Shown in pieces: positions 53,792-63,887 of a stretch of DNA of 64,000 nt. The DNA is from Leadbetterella sp. Lineage in GTDB: Bacteria; Bacteroidota; Bacteroidia; Cytophagales; Spirosomataceae. The stretch spans positions 13,017 to 77,016 of the forward strand of contig JAIPAJ010000001.1 in assembly GCA_021740125.1 (NCBI GenBank). Reading direction: 5' to 3'. How positions within the stretch are numbered: position 1 is the first letter of the stretch; every line of letters starts with the position of its first letter. The position numbers and the translations under genes are program-made. The notes under the pieces are model-generated. The model saw only the letters and a list, made by a program, of their open reading frames with translations. It was not told the origin of the DNA and did no database searches.

Positions 53792-54970
53792 TTACCTTTT
53801 TTCCAAAGCATAAAACCCAGCGGTAGCCACCACAGCCAATCCTCCCAAAAGCAGTAAAAGTGCGGTATAACCAAGGCCAGCAATTACCTGAGTACCAAGT
53901 AAAGAAGAACCAATTTGTGCGACTGGCCAAGACATAGCGTACACTGCAGAATACTGTCCTTGATTGTGTGACTTTGCCCTTTCTATGCTGTAAGTATTCA
54001 TAAACGGCATAGCGAATATCTCAGAAAAAGTAGCAAAAGTAATGCCTATCAACATCCAGGCGTATACGGTAAAATTGAGGTAGATAATATAATTGACAAC
54101 CAACAGAAAACAGCCGAAAGTAATCAGTTGGAGCTTGGTATATTTGCCTTCAAGTTTATAAATGATGAGCATTTCAACCAAAGCCACCAAAAGGCCATTA
54201 ATACCCATGAGAAGGCCTATTTGAAACTCCGACATATTGCAAATCTCTTTGTAATAAACTGGCAAAACCACAAATAAAGGAGAAAAAGCCATCACATAAA
54301 TGGTAGTAAAAACCATGAAAATCATAAAAATACTGTCTCTCCATGGTGATTCTGCCCGATTGAGTTTTGCCTCTGCTTTTGATATTTTTGCTTTTTTTAC
54401 ATATTTGGAGTGCAGAAATATAAGTACAATAATGGCGGCCAAAATATTGGTAACGCCATCTGCCCAAAACAGGTATTTGTAATCTCTGGTTGCAAAAAAA
54501 CCTCCCAAAACCGGACCAACTGCCCAACCCAAATTTATGGCCAATCTCACCAAAGAAATAGATCTGGTAAACGTTTCAGGTGTGCTGAGGTGTGCAATAC
54601 TCACAGAATTAGCAGGTCTATAGGCTTCCCCAAATGCAGAAAGAATAAATGTAGCTACACAAAGCAATTCGAAGGTTTGGATTTCGGCAACCACAAAAAA
54701 TAATAATCCGCCAATAAACAAACTTCCAAACTGCACGAAAAAGTAGCCAAAGAAATCCGTGAGTTTTCCGCCTAAATAAGAGCCCAAAATCGCCCCAAAA
54801 CCAAACGACATCATCACAAATCCCGCATTTTCTATCGAAAAGTGAAGTTCTTGGGTGGTATAAACGGTCATGAAAGCAACCACCATAGTGCCGGCTCGGT
54901 TAATGAGCATTACCAATGCAAGTAACCATATTTTGGGTGATAACCCTCCGTAGGCGTTTTTCAGAAGCAT
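53792..54970 (-). CDS. MFS transporter
   Basis: 12 TM, motif A-like GGKLTDFFG and NLGWAVGPVLGG. Confidence 0.9.
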   Translation of the reverse strand: MLLKNAYGGLSPKIWLLALVMLINRAGTMVVAFMTVYTTQELHFSIENAGFVMMSFGFGAILGSYLGGKLTDFFGYFFVQFGSLFIGGLLFFVVAEIQTFELLCVATFILSAFGEAYRPANSVSIAHLSTPETFTRSISLVRLAINLGWAVGPVLGGFFATRDYKYLFWADGVTNILAAIIVLIFLHSKYVKKAKISKAEAKLNRAESPWRDSIFMIFMVFTTIYVMAFSPLFVVLPVYYKEICNMSEFQIGLLMGINGLLVALVEMLIIYKLEGKYTKLQLITFGCFLLVVNYIIYLNFTVYAWMLIGITFATFSEIFAMPFMNTYSIERAKSHNQGQYSAVYAMSWPVAQIGSSLLGTQVIAGLGYTALLLLLGGLAVVATAGFYALEKR

Positions 54971-55100
54971 TTAATCAATTAGTGGTTTCATTTATTAATC
55001 GAAAAAAACGGATTGAGGTTCAATGTTACCTCTATTTTTCTCAATAAGTGAAAATTTTAACCAAAATTGACTCAAGGCAAATAAAAAATAGGCTTCTATA

Positions 55101-55658
55101 CTATCGTTTTTTAATAAAACTATATATGTAACCGAATAGTGGCCGAATTAGATGGTGGATTAAAAATCCAATAATAGCTAAAATACTTCCAATTCCAGTT
55201 GGCAAAATTGCCCCAAAAGTGAATGTCATGCCAATAACAAATCCCAAAAGACATTCAGCCCGATAAACTGGAAAAAACAGAGAAATGAGAAAAACAGATA
55301 AAATTAAATATCCTGGCATGCTTTCGTAGCCAAGTGTAAAAAAAACTGAAAGTGCTATACCCAATATCAATGCACCTAAAAATCCTACCCATATTTTTAG
55401 AGGTATTTTTAAGAACTCGGGGCTTTTTCCGTTGAGAAGATTTTCTCTTTTTTGAATTCTAAAAACTACAAACCACGTCAAAAGTGGCAGTAAAATTGCT
55501 CCCCACCAATTGGATATTTCTGGAAGATCTTCTCGTGCTAAAATATGGTGACTTGGTACTCCGCCATTATAATAATACCAGGCCAAAAGGCTCCAAATGG
55601 CTACTGAAACAACACTGGTCAATAAGATTTGAGTTTTTAAAAATTCATTCTTCTTCAT
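55101..55658 (-). CDS. Hypothetical membrane protein
   Basis: 5-6 TM with GGVPSHHIL and ISNWWG. Upstream TAATTTTG on minus (55687-55680). Confidence 0.65.
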   Translation of the reverse strand: MKKNEFLKTQILLTSVVSVAIWSLLAWYYYNGGVPSHHILAREDLPEISNWWGAILLPLLTWFVVFRIQKRENLLNGKSPEFLKIPLKIWVGFLGALILGIALSVFFTLGYESMPGYLILSVFLISLFFPVYRAECLLGFVIGMTFTFGAILPTGIGSILAIIGFLIHHLIRPLFGYIYSFIKKR

Positions 55659-56022
55659 GATTAAATAGGTGATTTAATCCAAAATTAACCTAATATTTTC
55701 ATGTCAATTCTCCTGATTGAGCTAATTTATTTGGGCGGTTTAATTTGGATTTAAACGACCAAAATGCAAGAAAACTTATTAAAAAAATTCTGACTCGAAA
55801 TTAATTAGCTACCTACGATTTAGGTTAAAAAACGAATTTGAATCTAATATTTAAGTTTCAAAGAAAATAGATGATTAAATTTAATTATACAATTAATAGG
55901 CAAATGGTGAATTTAAAGGAGCTTTGAATAAATTGAAATATTATCCACTAATCAGATAATTGATTGGTTTTTTGATAATATTTTTACACTTTTCAAACCA
56001 ATAATGTGAAAACGATCGATAA

Positions 56023-56607
56023 ATGCTCCTCCCCTTTTTCAATAAAAACTACGTTGAAGCTGGCTTAGATGAGGCAGGCCGAGGCTGCTTGGCAGGTCCT
56101 GTAGTTGCCGCTGCTGTTATTTTGCCCAAAGACTATGAACATCCTTGGCTGAATGATTCGAAACAACTTACTAAAAACCAGCGTCTAGAACTCAGGGCTG
56201 AAATAGAAAAAAGTGCTTTGGTTTGGGCGGTGGGAGAAGCCTCAAACATCGAAATAGACCAAATCAATATTTTAAAAGCTAGTTTTTTGGCCATGCATCG
56301 GGCAGTAGATCAAATTTCCGTAAAAATACATCCTGAACATCTGCTGGTGGATGGCAATAGATTTACTCCGTATCCAATGATTCCGCACACTTGTGTGGTA
56401 AAAGGCGATGGTAAATACCTATCCATAGCTGCAGCTTCTATTTTGGCAAAAACCTACCGCGACGAACGCATGGAAGATTTGGCACAGCAATATCCGAGAT
56501 ATAAATGGCATGAAAATGCAGGTTATCCAACCATTTTTCATAGAAAAGCCATCCTAGAATACGGCTATACGCCCTTTCATCGGATGACTTTCAGAGTAAG
56601 AGCTTAA
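56023..56607 (+). CDS. rnhB: Ribonuclease HII
   Basis: GLDEAGRGCLAGPV, LNDSK, VDGN, KGD and SIAAASILAK. Confidence 0.96.
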   Translation: MLLPFFNKNYVEAGLDEAGRGCLAGPVVAAAVILPKDYEHPWLNDSKQLTKNQRLELRAEIEKSALVWAVGEASNIEIDQINILKASFLAMHRAVDQISVKIHPEHLLVDGNRFTPYPMIPHTCVVKGDGKYLSIAAASILAKTYRDERMEDLAQQYPRYKWHENAGYPTIFHRKAILEYGYTPFHRMTFRVRA

Positions 56608-57764
56608 GCCCTAGCAGCTTTTTCCCAAGTAACTGCTTGCTGATTTGAATAGAATCTTTTGAAACCCAGAATAGCTGCGTAGTTCATAAACGAAAAATAA
56701 TATGGAACATACAGAGCTTTAAATTTCTTCCCTTTTTTCTCAAATACATAGCCTAAAATAGCCAAACTATAAAAAGCAACTTGGAAAAATAAACTCAACT
56801 GATAAAGAGGCTTATCGAGTAAAAATAGGTTGACTATGGGCATCAATACCAAGAAAACAGGCACCAAAGTCCATCTTAATACCCTATGCGACAAATACTG
56901 AAAAGTGAGCCACCCATGTTTAAATGGGTTGAGTAATGTACGCAATCTAAGGACAGACTGAATACCCCCTGCACTGATTCTAACTTTCCTTTTAAGTTCT
57001 TCTGCTATATTTAAGGAAGCAGTTTCCATTGCCTTAGCACTTGGCTCATAAGCAGTTACATAGCCTTTAGAACAAATTCTTAAAGACAAAACAAAATCGT
57101 CTAGCAAGGTATCCGTTTCTAGGGTTTGAAAAAGCGAAGTTCTAATGGCGTACAATTCACCTGCGGCTCCAACGGTAGAATATAGCTCAGAGTCAAGTTT
57201 TTTCAAGAAACTCTCATATTTCCAATACAGGCCCTCTCCCACCTCTGCGTTGTTTTCTGAAACTTTAATTATTTGTTTCTCACCCGCCACCACTCCGACT
57301 TTAGGATTTACAAAATGCTCGACCATACTTTTGATTGCATCTGTATTGAGCATAGCATTGGCATCAGTAAAAACGGTAATTGGACTCTTGATTAATGGCA
57401 TTACACGGTTGATAGCAGCCATTTTCCCCTTTCGCTCATCACTATGGTAAACCATAACTTGCTCAAAAGATTTTAGCTTTTCTATAGAATCGTCGGTCGT
57501 ACCATCTGTCACAAAAACTATTTTTAGCTTGTCCGAAGGGTAACTTTGTGCAATCGTATTTTTGACTTTATCCACCACATAATCAGATTCGTTGTAGGCC
57601 GCCACTAACAAAGTAACTTCTGGAAACACCTGATTATTGAAGTTAGGCTTCTTAACCACCAAATTCTTGATTTTAACAAGTGCATAAAGTAAGATTCCGT
57701 AACCCACATAAGCATAGAAAGTTATGCCGAGCATTATCCAAAAAGAAATTTCTAATGTTTTCAT
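56604..57764 (-). CDS. GT2 glycosyltransferase (PgaC/IcaA-like, membrane-anchored)
   Basis: AAYNE, VTDG, FTDAN, YWKYE, LLDDF, RKVRI and flanking TMs. Confidence 0.88.
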   Translation of the reverse strand: MKTLEISFWIMLGITFYAYVGYGILLYALVKIKNLVVKKPNFNNQVFPEVTLLVAAYNESDYVVDKVKNTIAQSYPSDKLKIVFVTDGTTDDSIEKLKSFEQVMVYHSDERKGKMAAINRVMPLIKSPITVFTDANAMLNTDAIKSMVEHFVNPKVGVVAGEKQIIKVSENNAEVGEGLYWKYESFLKKLDSELYSTVGAAGELYAIRTSLFQTLETDTLLDDFVLSLRICSKGYVTAYEPSAKAMETASLNIAEELKRKVRISAGGIQSVLRLRTLLNPFKHGWLTFQYLSHRVLRWTLVPVFLVLMPIVNLFLLDKPLYQLSLFFQVAFYSLAILGYVFEKKGKKFKALYVPYYFSFMNYAAILGFKRFYSNQQAVTWEKAARA

Positions 57765-58879
57765 TATTTAGTTAAATAGATATTCTGTGTTTGAAATGCG
57801 GTGTTTTTCCAAGAAAAATCTTCGGCACGCTTAAGCCCTTTCTCTTTGAAAGCAGTATTTAATTCAATATTATTGGTAAGCTCGTTGATGGCTTTTTTAA
57901 GTTCGTCAATATTTTGAGGATCCACCAAATAAGCGGCATTTCCTGCCACCTCTGGCATGGCAGTTGTAGTAGAAGTAATCACCGGTGTACCACAAGCCAT
58001 GGCTTCTATAATGGGTATTCCAAAGCTTTCTCTTAAAGAAGGATATAAGAAAAGACTGGCCAAATTGTAAATTTTGGGCAAATCACAGTGCATAATATAG
58101 CCAGGAAGCGATATTTTATCTAAAATATCCAACCGTTTAATTTTTGACAGATGAATTAAAATTTGCTCATGACTGCTTTCCAAAATTACCAGCTGAGTTG
58201 GGTCGGGATTTTCATCCACATATTTTGAATAAGATTTCAGAACATTCTCCAAATTTTTTTTAGGAGCTTCGTTTCCTAAAAACAAAATAAAATCGTTGGG
58301 CAAACTGTATTTCTCTTTTATGAGGTTCAGTGTGTCTTTGTTGGCTATTTCTCTAAAAGTAGAACTGTACGCATTGGGAATCACCTTCAATTTACTATCA
58401 CTGATATCCAAAGTTTTACTGATTTGAATCTTTTCAAAATCAGAGACCGTAAAAACATAATTAGCTTTTTTGGTTATTTTGGGTACAATAAATTTTCTAT
58501 AAAAATGCCCCGCAGTCTGATAAAAAGTGCCTCCTGAAAAAGAATGCATGTAAATAATGTCGTGTAAAGTTACTACATAAGGAACAGGACTGTTTAGCGG
58601 AGCAGTATTAGACGTGTAATGCATCACATCCACACCCGCCGCCTTAATAGCTTTTGGCAACCATATTTGCTCCCAATCAACATAAGTAGCTCCTTTAACT
58701 ATAACCACCTTCATGTTTTCTGAAGAATGCAAACACACGTCTGAGTCAGGTTTTACAAAAACCACATACTCGTTGGTATGATCTAATTTTTGAAGTGCCT
58801 TAATAAGCTCCAATGCATAGATATCCATCCCATGTTTTTTCTTTCTGAAAATCCTTTGGGCTTCTATTCCTATTTTCAT
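57764..58879 (-). CDS. GT4 glycosyltransferase
   Basis: TLHD, KKN and FLYPSLRESFGIPIIEAMACGTPV. Confidence 0.92.
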   Translation of the reverse strand: MKIGIEAQRIFRKKKHGMDIYALELIKALQKLDHTNEYVVFVKPDSDVCLHSSENMKVVIVKGATYVDWEQIWLPKAIKAAGVDVMHYTSNTAPLNSPVPYVVTLHDIIYMHSFSGGTFYQTAGHFYRKFIVPKITKKANYVFTVSDFEKIQISKTLDISDSKLKVIPNAYSSTFREIANKDTLNLIKEKYSLPNDFILFLGNEAPKKNLENVLKSYSKYVDENPDPTQLVILESSHEQILIHLSKIKRLDILDKISLPGYIMHCDLPKIYNLASLFLYPSLRESFGIPIIEAMACGTPVITSTTTAMPEVAGNAAYLVDPQNIDELKKAINELTNNIELNTAFKEKGLKRAEDFSWKNTAFQTQNIYLTK

Positions 58880-60024
58880 TTCGAATAAGTGTTTAAATGT
58901 GGCGTATGAATAAATACCTTATTGGCTTTTTTGAATTTCAAAATAGCCTTTACCATGTACCAGAGACTAATAGGCACATATGAAAAATCTCTGAGTTTGA
59001 TGGTTTTTCTGAGATATGAAGGAATGGCCAACCACAACCCAACTACGTAACCTACGACCAATCCAACATTCCACAGAATAAACGAACCTAAAAAAATATG
59101 AACAATTAATGATATGAAAACACTACCCAAAAGAATCAATCTAGGGGGAAGTAGAAATTGCAAAACTTTGTCGAAATAGTCAATATTGCCTCTAAAAAGA
59201 GCAACAAATGCACTAAAGAAATGTTTTTTGGCAAAATTAAACTGAGCAGAAATCCACCGTGTTCGTTGGTTTTCGAATACGCCACTTTCTCGTACTTTTT
59301 CATCCAAAACATAGGCTTCTTGTAAATATGTAATTTTCTGTCCTTTGTGTAGTAAGTCTAGTTCCAGCTGTTTATCAAAGCCACTGACTACATCAATTTC
59401 AGACATAAAATTCTTGAATTCATGAAAATCCATGATTAGACCTGAGCCAATCAAGGCAGATGATAATCCTACATTAGTATGACCTTTTCTAAAGACTGAG
59501 TTGTTGATTTCTTCGCTTATGGCATCCAAAAATGCAAAACGTGTGTCTAAATTTTTTGCAATTCTATGGGCTTGAATCACTTTATTTCCTCCTGCAAAAG
59601 CGGCTTTTGCTTTATTAATAAAGCCCGGAACCAAATGATTATCCGCATCCAAAAGCACAACAGCATCAAAATCTGCCTGAATTGAAGAAAGAGCTATGTT
59701 AATTGCTTTGGCTTTCGTACTTTTTTCCAGATTGAGAGCTATGATTTGAGCCTTCGAACTCTCCAAAATCTTTAAAGTGGCCTTTTGAAGGTGATCGCCA
59801 ATCACAATAATTTTGTCATCCTTAGATATATCAGGTTGATTTTCAAGACTTTTTACTGTTTCTATAATTACTCCGTCTTCTTTGTAAGCAGGAATCAAAA
59901 ACAAAAAACGACTTTTAGGGGACTTTTGTATTTTTATTTTTTTGTTTGAAAACAAAGCCATCAAACTAAAAAAAAGTACATAGACAACTCCAATGCTGAG
60001 ATACGTTAATATTATTATCGACAT
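58876..60024 (-). CDS. GT2 glycosyltransferase with QxxRW motif
   Basis: IPAYKED, LLDADN, GFDK, NQRTRW and N- and C-terminal TMs. Confidence 0.88.
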   Translation of the reverse strand: MSIIILTYLSIGVVYVLFFSLMALFSNKKIKIQKSPKSRFLFLIPAYKEDGVIIETVKSLENQPDISKDDKIIVIGDHLQKATLKILESSKAQIIALNLEKSTKAKAINIALSSIQADFDAVVLLDADNHLVPGFINKAKAAFAGGNKVIQAHRIAKNLDTRFAFLDAISEEINNSVFRKGHTNVGLSSALIGSGLIMDFHEFKNFMSEIDVVSGFDKQLELDLLHKGQKITYLQEAYVLDEKVRESGVFENQRTRWISAQFNFAKKHFFSAFVALFRGNIDYFDKVLQFLLPPRLILLGSVFISLIVHIFLGSFILWNVGLVVGYVVGLWLAIPSYLRKTIKLRDFSYVPISLWYMVKAILKFKKANKVFIHTPHLNTYSK

Positions 60025-60028
60025 GATA

Positions 60029-61162
60029 TTACATTTTTTCCGACTGAAAAATTGCCGGGAAGGTTTTTAAAATTAGTTTGATATCATAAAGCCAATTGTG
60101 CTCTTGTGCGTATGTGTTATCTAAGTCCATTCGTTCTTTTTCAGACAAAGCGGCTTGGCCTCTTTTGGTTACCTGCCAAAGACCCGTTAGACCAGCAGGA
60201 GCCAAAAATCTTGCTGCTGATTCATCTTTTGTAAGTTTTTCTGCTTCATAAGGTGGAAGTGGTCTATTACCCACTATCGACATATCCCCTTTCAGAATAT
60301 TGAAAAGTTGGGGTAATTCGTCTAAGCTCGAGTTTCTTAAAAAAGTCCCTAATCGTGTAATACGTGGATCGTTCTGAAATTTCATAAAGGCGGCTTTGCT
60401 TTCTTTTTTTGTTTGAAGAGCTTGTTCGCTCATCCACCCACCATCATAAATGAGTTCTTGTTTGTCATTTTCAAACACTTCAAGTTCATCTTTTTTATAC
60501 ATATTGAAATCGTCCATTTTACTGATTTCCTTATCAGCGTTGACTTTCATTGTACGAAACTTATACAAATTAAAAATCTTATAACCAGCACCTACACGTT
60601 TTGAAAGATAAAGAAATGGCCCTTTAGAGTCTAATTTAATTAAAACCCCTACCGTTATAAAAACGGGTAGGAGTATTAAAATGGCGGTCAACGAAAGCAC
60701 CACATCGAAAGCTCTTTTTCGAAACGACATCTTCGGCTCAGGAAAAGTAAAATCCTCAAGATTTTCAATTTCTTCCAAAGCTTTGGAGTCATCTTTAGAA
60801 TTTAAAAGCTTGTCAATCCTTAATTTCAATTCTTCTGGATGAAACGGCTTTCCAACATAATCGTCAGCACCTGCACTGAGGCACTCAATTCTTGTCTCGC
60901 TTTTTTCGTCGCCAGACAACACTAAAATTGCAATATCCGAATACTTAGGATTCTTTTTCAAATACTTAATCAATGTAAGACCATGCTCCTCTCCAAGATT
61001 TAAGTCCAATATGACTAAATCTGGCACATCGTCGTTTTTGATAAGTAATCTGGCAATTTTTAATGTTGGTGCTAATCGAAGATCATAATCGTCCTTAAGC
61101 TTATGATTGAGCAAGCCAAGAACCATCTGGTTGTCATCAACTATTAGAATCTTTTTTTTCAT
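60029..61162 (-). CDS. Receiver (REC) domain fused to a monotopic priming phosphoglycosyl transferase (sugar transferase)
   Basis: REC: IVDD, DLVILD53, LS and KPF. PGT: KRAFD re-entrant helix, YKFRTM, DPRIT, SLDELPQL and GDMSIVGNRP. Confidence 0.92.
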   Translation of the reverse strand: MKKKILIVDDNQMVLGLLNHKLKDDYDLRLAPTLKIARLLIKNDDVPDLVILDLNLGEEHGLTLIKYLKKNPKYSDIAILVLSGDEKSETRIECLSAGADDYVGKPFHPEELKLRIDKLLNSKDDSKALEEIENLEDFTFPEPKMSFRKRAFDVVLSLTAILILLPVFITVGVLIKLDSKGPFLYLSKRVGAGYKIFNLYKFRTMKVNADKEISKMDDFNMYKKDELEVFENDKQELIYDGGWMSEQALQTKKESKAAFMKFQNDPRITRLGTFLRNSSLDELPQLFNILKGDMSIVGNRPLPPYEAEKLTKDESAARFLAPAGLTGLWQVTKRGQAALSEKERMDLDNTYAQEHNWLYDIKLILKTFPAIFQSEKM

Positions 61163-61262
61163 TATAATTATTGTTTCTTTAATTGTCCTTTTGCCATTAT
61201 CACTCCAAAAAATTTAACTTATTAATAATGAACGTATTATGAGATTTCAAGCACTTCGTTTT

Positions 61263-61277
61263 TTCCTAATTATGGAA
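61263..61277. promoter_or_regulatory. Palindromic activator site TTCCT-N5-TGGAA
   Basis: Matches the sites at 44595 and 62700. A second TGGAA half-site lies at 61293 and a sigma70 TACATTTG at 61305-61312. Confidence 0.5.
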
Positions 61278-61333
61278 AAACCTTTTTTATTTTGGAAAAA
61301 TTCTTACATTTGGATTTAATTTAATATAAGACG

Positions 61334-62680
61334 ATGAGCAAGCAATTTTCGATATTTATAGTTGAAGACGATGCCTTTTATGGCTCAATGTTGGAGTATC
61401 ACCTTAATTTGAACCCTGACTATGAAGTTAGCAGATTTGAAAATGGAAAAAGTTTTGTAGATAACTTATACAAAAGACCTTAAGTTATAACACTGGACTA
61501 CTCTCTTCCAGATATTGATGGAGAGACAATTCTAAAGAAAATCCAAAAAGACCATCCTGAAATTCCAGTAATAATAATTTCGGGCCAAGAAAACATTACC
61601 ACGGCTGTCCAATTGCTCAAGCTAGGGGCTTATGACTACATAGTAAAAGATGAAAACACCAAAGACAGACTCTGGAATTGTCTATTAAAAATAAGAGAAA
61701 CCAAAGAACTCAAAGAGGAGATAACACTTTTAAGAGAAGAGGTTCGCGAAAAATATGAGTTTACCAATAGTATTAGAGGCAATAGTCCTCCTTTAAAGCG
61801 TGTATTTGGCTTAATGGAAAAGGCAGCTCAAAGCCAGATAAATGTATCCATTTATGGAGAAACGGGTACTGGTAAAGAATTGGTGGCTAAGTCTATTCAC
61901 TTCAACTCTGGAAGAAGTAAGAAACCATTTGTAGCTGTAAACATGTCGGCTATCCCAAGAGAACTAGTTGAAAGTGAGCTATTTGGCCATGAAAAAGGGG
62001 CCTTCACTGGAGCTATGAGTAGGCGAACAGGGAAATTTGAGGAAGCCAATGGAGGTACTTTGTTTCTAGATGAAATTGGAGAAATGGATATTACAATCCA
62101 AGCAAAAATTTTGAGAGCCCTACAAGAACAAGAAATAGTTAGAGTGGGTGGTAATTCAACAGTTAAATTTGATGCTAGGATTATTGTTGCCACCCACAGA
62201 AACCTTGCTGAAGAGGTTCAAAAAGGTACCTTTAGAGAGGACCTATACTACAGGCTTTTAGGCCTCAACATTCAACTTCCTGCTCTACGCGAAAGAGGAA
62301 ATGATATCATGATTTTGGCTAAATTTTTCGCAGAAGATTACTGCAAAAAGAATAAACTACCAGAAATTTCACTAACAAACGAAGCTTCACAGAAACTGCT
62401 ACAATACGGTTTCCCTGGAAATATAAGAGAGCTAAAAGCCATAATAGAACTTGCTTGCGTGATGGCCACAGACAACAATATAAGTGTGGAAGACATCAGT
62501 TTTAATTCTTTAAAACCTGAAGGTTCGTTCTTGTTAGAAGAACTTACCCTAAAAGAGTATAATAAACGAATCCTTAGGCACTTTTTAGACAAATACGATA
62601 ATGATGTCTTACTCGTAGCTGATAAACTGGATATTGGTAAATCTACTATCTACAATATGTTAAAAAGTGGAGAACTGTAA
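61334..62680 (+). pseudogene. NtrC-family sigma54-dependent response regulator interrupted by an in-frame TAA at 61481-61483
   Basis: ATG at 61334 reads MSKQFSIFIVEDD...NLYKRP*VITLDYSLPD in the same frame as the ORF at 61613. [22 protein letters not shown] and a C-terminal HTH are intact. Confidence 0.8.
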
Positions 62681-62699
62681 ATCCCAAAAATAGACTTTC

Positions 62700-62773
62700 T
62701 TCCATATTTTGGAATGTTAAATACTTATAAATAACTAGTTTTCAACTAAGTACTAATACGGCACATTTTCTGT
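62700..62773 (+). promoter_or_regulatory. Activator palindrome plus sigma54-like promoter of the FIST gene
   Basis: TTCCA-TATTT-TGGAA at 62700-62714 and CGGCACATTTTCTGT (GG-N10-GT) at 62759-62773. Confidence 0.5.
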
Positions 62774-62804
62774 TAGATAAAATCATTAACAAAACTTTGG
62801 ATAA

Positions 62805-63887
62805 ATGTATTTCAGCAGTTTTTCAGACATTTCTTTCTCAAATATTGCGAATGCAGCAAAACCAACGAATTATCATCTGGTTTTTGTTGCAGAAAATTCT
62901 GCTGACGAAGCCCAGTTGGTCATTGATTCCTTTAATAGCCACAATTTAAAACTCTTTGGGGGCATTTTTCCTACAATTTTCTCCGACTTACAAAATTACG
63001 ATACTGGCTTTCTGATTTTACAGATTCCACCTGTAGAACAAGTCATTAGGCTTTCTGCCAAAGATGATAATTTCTACGATACAAATGTGGACCTTGATAC
63101 AGTTGGCACAGCTATTTTGTTAACAGACGGATTGATGGGTGAAACGGATTCATTTCTTCGAAAAATATACAACTTTTTCGGCAATCAAATGAACATCGTA
63201 GGAGGCGGTGCTGGTTTCATAACACTTAAACAAGAGCCATGTATTTTTACCAATGAGGGTATTTTTCAAGACGGTGGAGTGATGGCTCTTTTGAAATCTC
63301 AGAGCCAAATTGGTGTTAAACATGGTTGGGAAGTTTTTGATGGGCCGTTTATTGCAACTTCAACCGAAAAAAACATTATTAAAGAACTCAATTGGCGACC
63401 TGCGTTTGAAGTCTATAAAGAAGCCATAGAAGGTAATTCGAATTATGCCTTTAAAGAAGGCAACTTCTTCGATATAGCCAAAGTTTTCCCCTTTGGAATT
63501 TACAAAGAAGGTACTGAATTTGTTGTTCGTGATCCTTTCATTTTAAATGAAGATAGTTCCATCACGTGTATTTCTGAAATTCCTGAAAACTCTATGCTTC
63601 AAATTCTTACCGGTAATCCCAATACGTTAATAAATGCGGCCAAAGAAGTGGCAGAGATGACTATCAATCCAAAAACACATTCTTGTCTGTTGATTTTTGA
63701 TTGCATAACCCGCGTGATGTATCTCAACGAACGATTTAAAGATGAATTAGAAGCCATGAAAACTGTTTTTGAGCCTGAGGGTTCAAAGATCAGAGGAGTG
63801 GCTACTTTAGGTGAAATAGCTTCCAACGGCATGGGATTTGTTGAATTCTACAATAAAACTATCGTGGCGTGTAGCCTCAATTCCTGA
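62805..63887 (+). CDS. FIST-domain signal transduction protein (NosP-like)
   Basis: FGGIFP, LLTDG, IVGGGAG, HGW, I.ELNWRPA, VVRDP, FDCITR and TLGEI...FYNKT. Confidence 0.88.
   Translation: MYFSSFSDISFSNIANAAKPTNYHLVFVAENSADEAQLVIDSFNSHNLKLFGGIFPTIFSDLQNYDTGFLILQIPPVEQVIRLSAKDDNFYDTNVDLDTVGTAILLTDGLMGETDSFLRKIYNFFGNQMNIVGGGAGFITLKQEPCIFTNEGIFQDGGVMALLKSQSQIGVKHGWEVFDGPFIATSTEKNIIKELNWRPAFEVYKEAIEGNSNYAFKEGNFFDIAKVFPFGIYKEGTEFVVRDPFILNEDSSITCISEIPENSMLQILTGNPNTLINAAKEVAEMTINPKTHSCLLIFDCITRVMYLNERFKDELEAMKTVFEPEGSKIRGVATLGEIASNGMGFVEFYNKTIVACSLNS

Noticed and set aside
55659-56022. AT-rich 364-bp spacer with one near DnaA box (TTATCCACT at 55941) as oriC
   Set aside because: Only one imperfect box and no dnaA nearby. 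dnaN is normally unlinked from oriC in Bacteroidota. Explained as a divergent promoter region.
61613-62680. Treating the 355-aa ORF as the complete activator
   Set aside because: It starts within the receiver domain. The frame continues upstream to ATG 61334 through one TAA.
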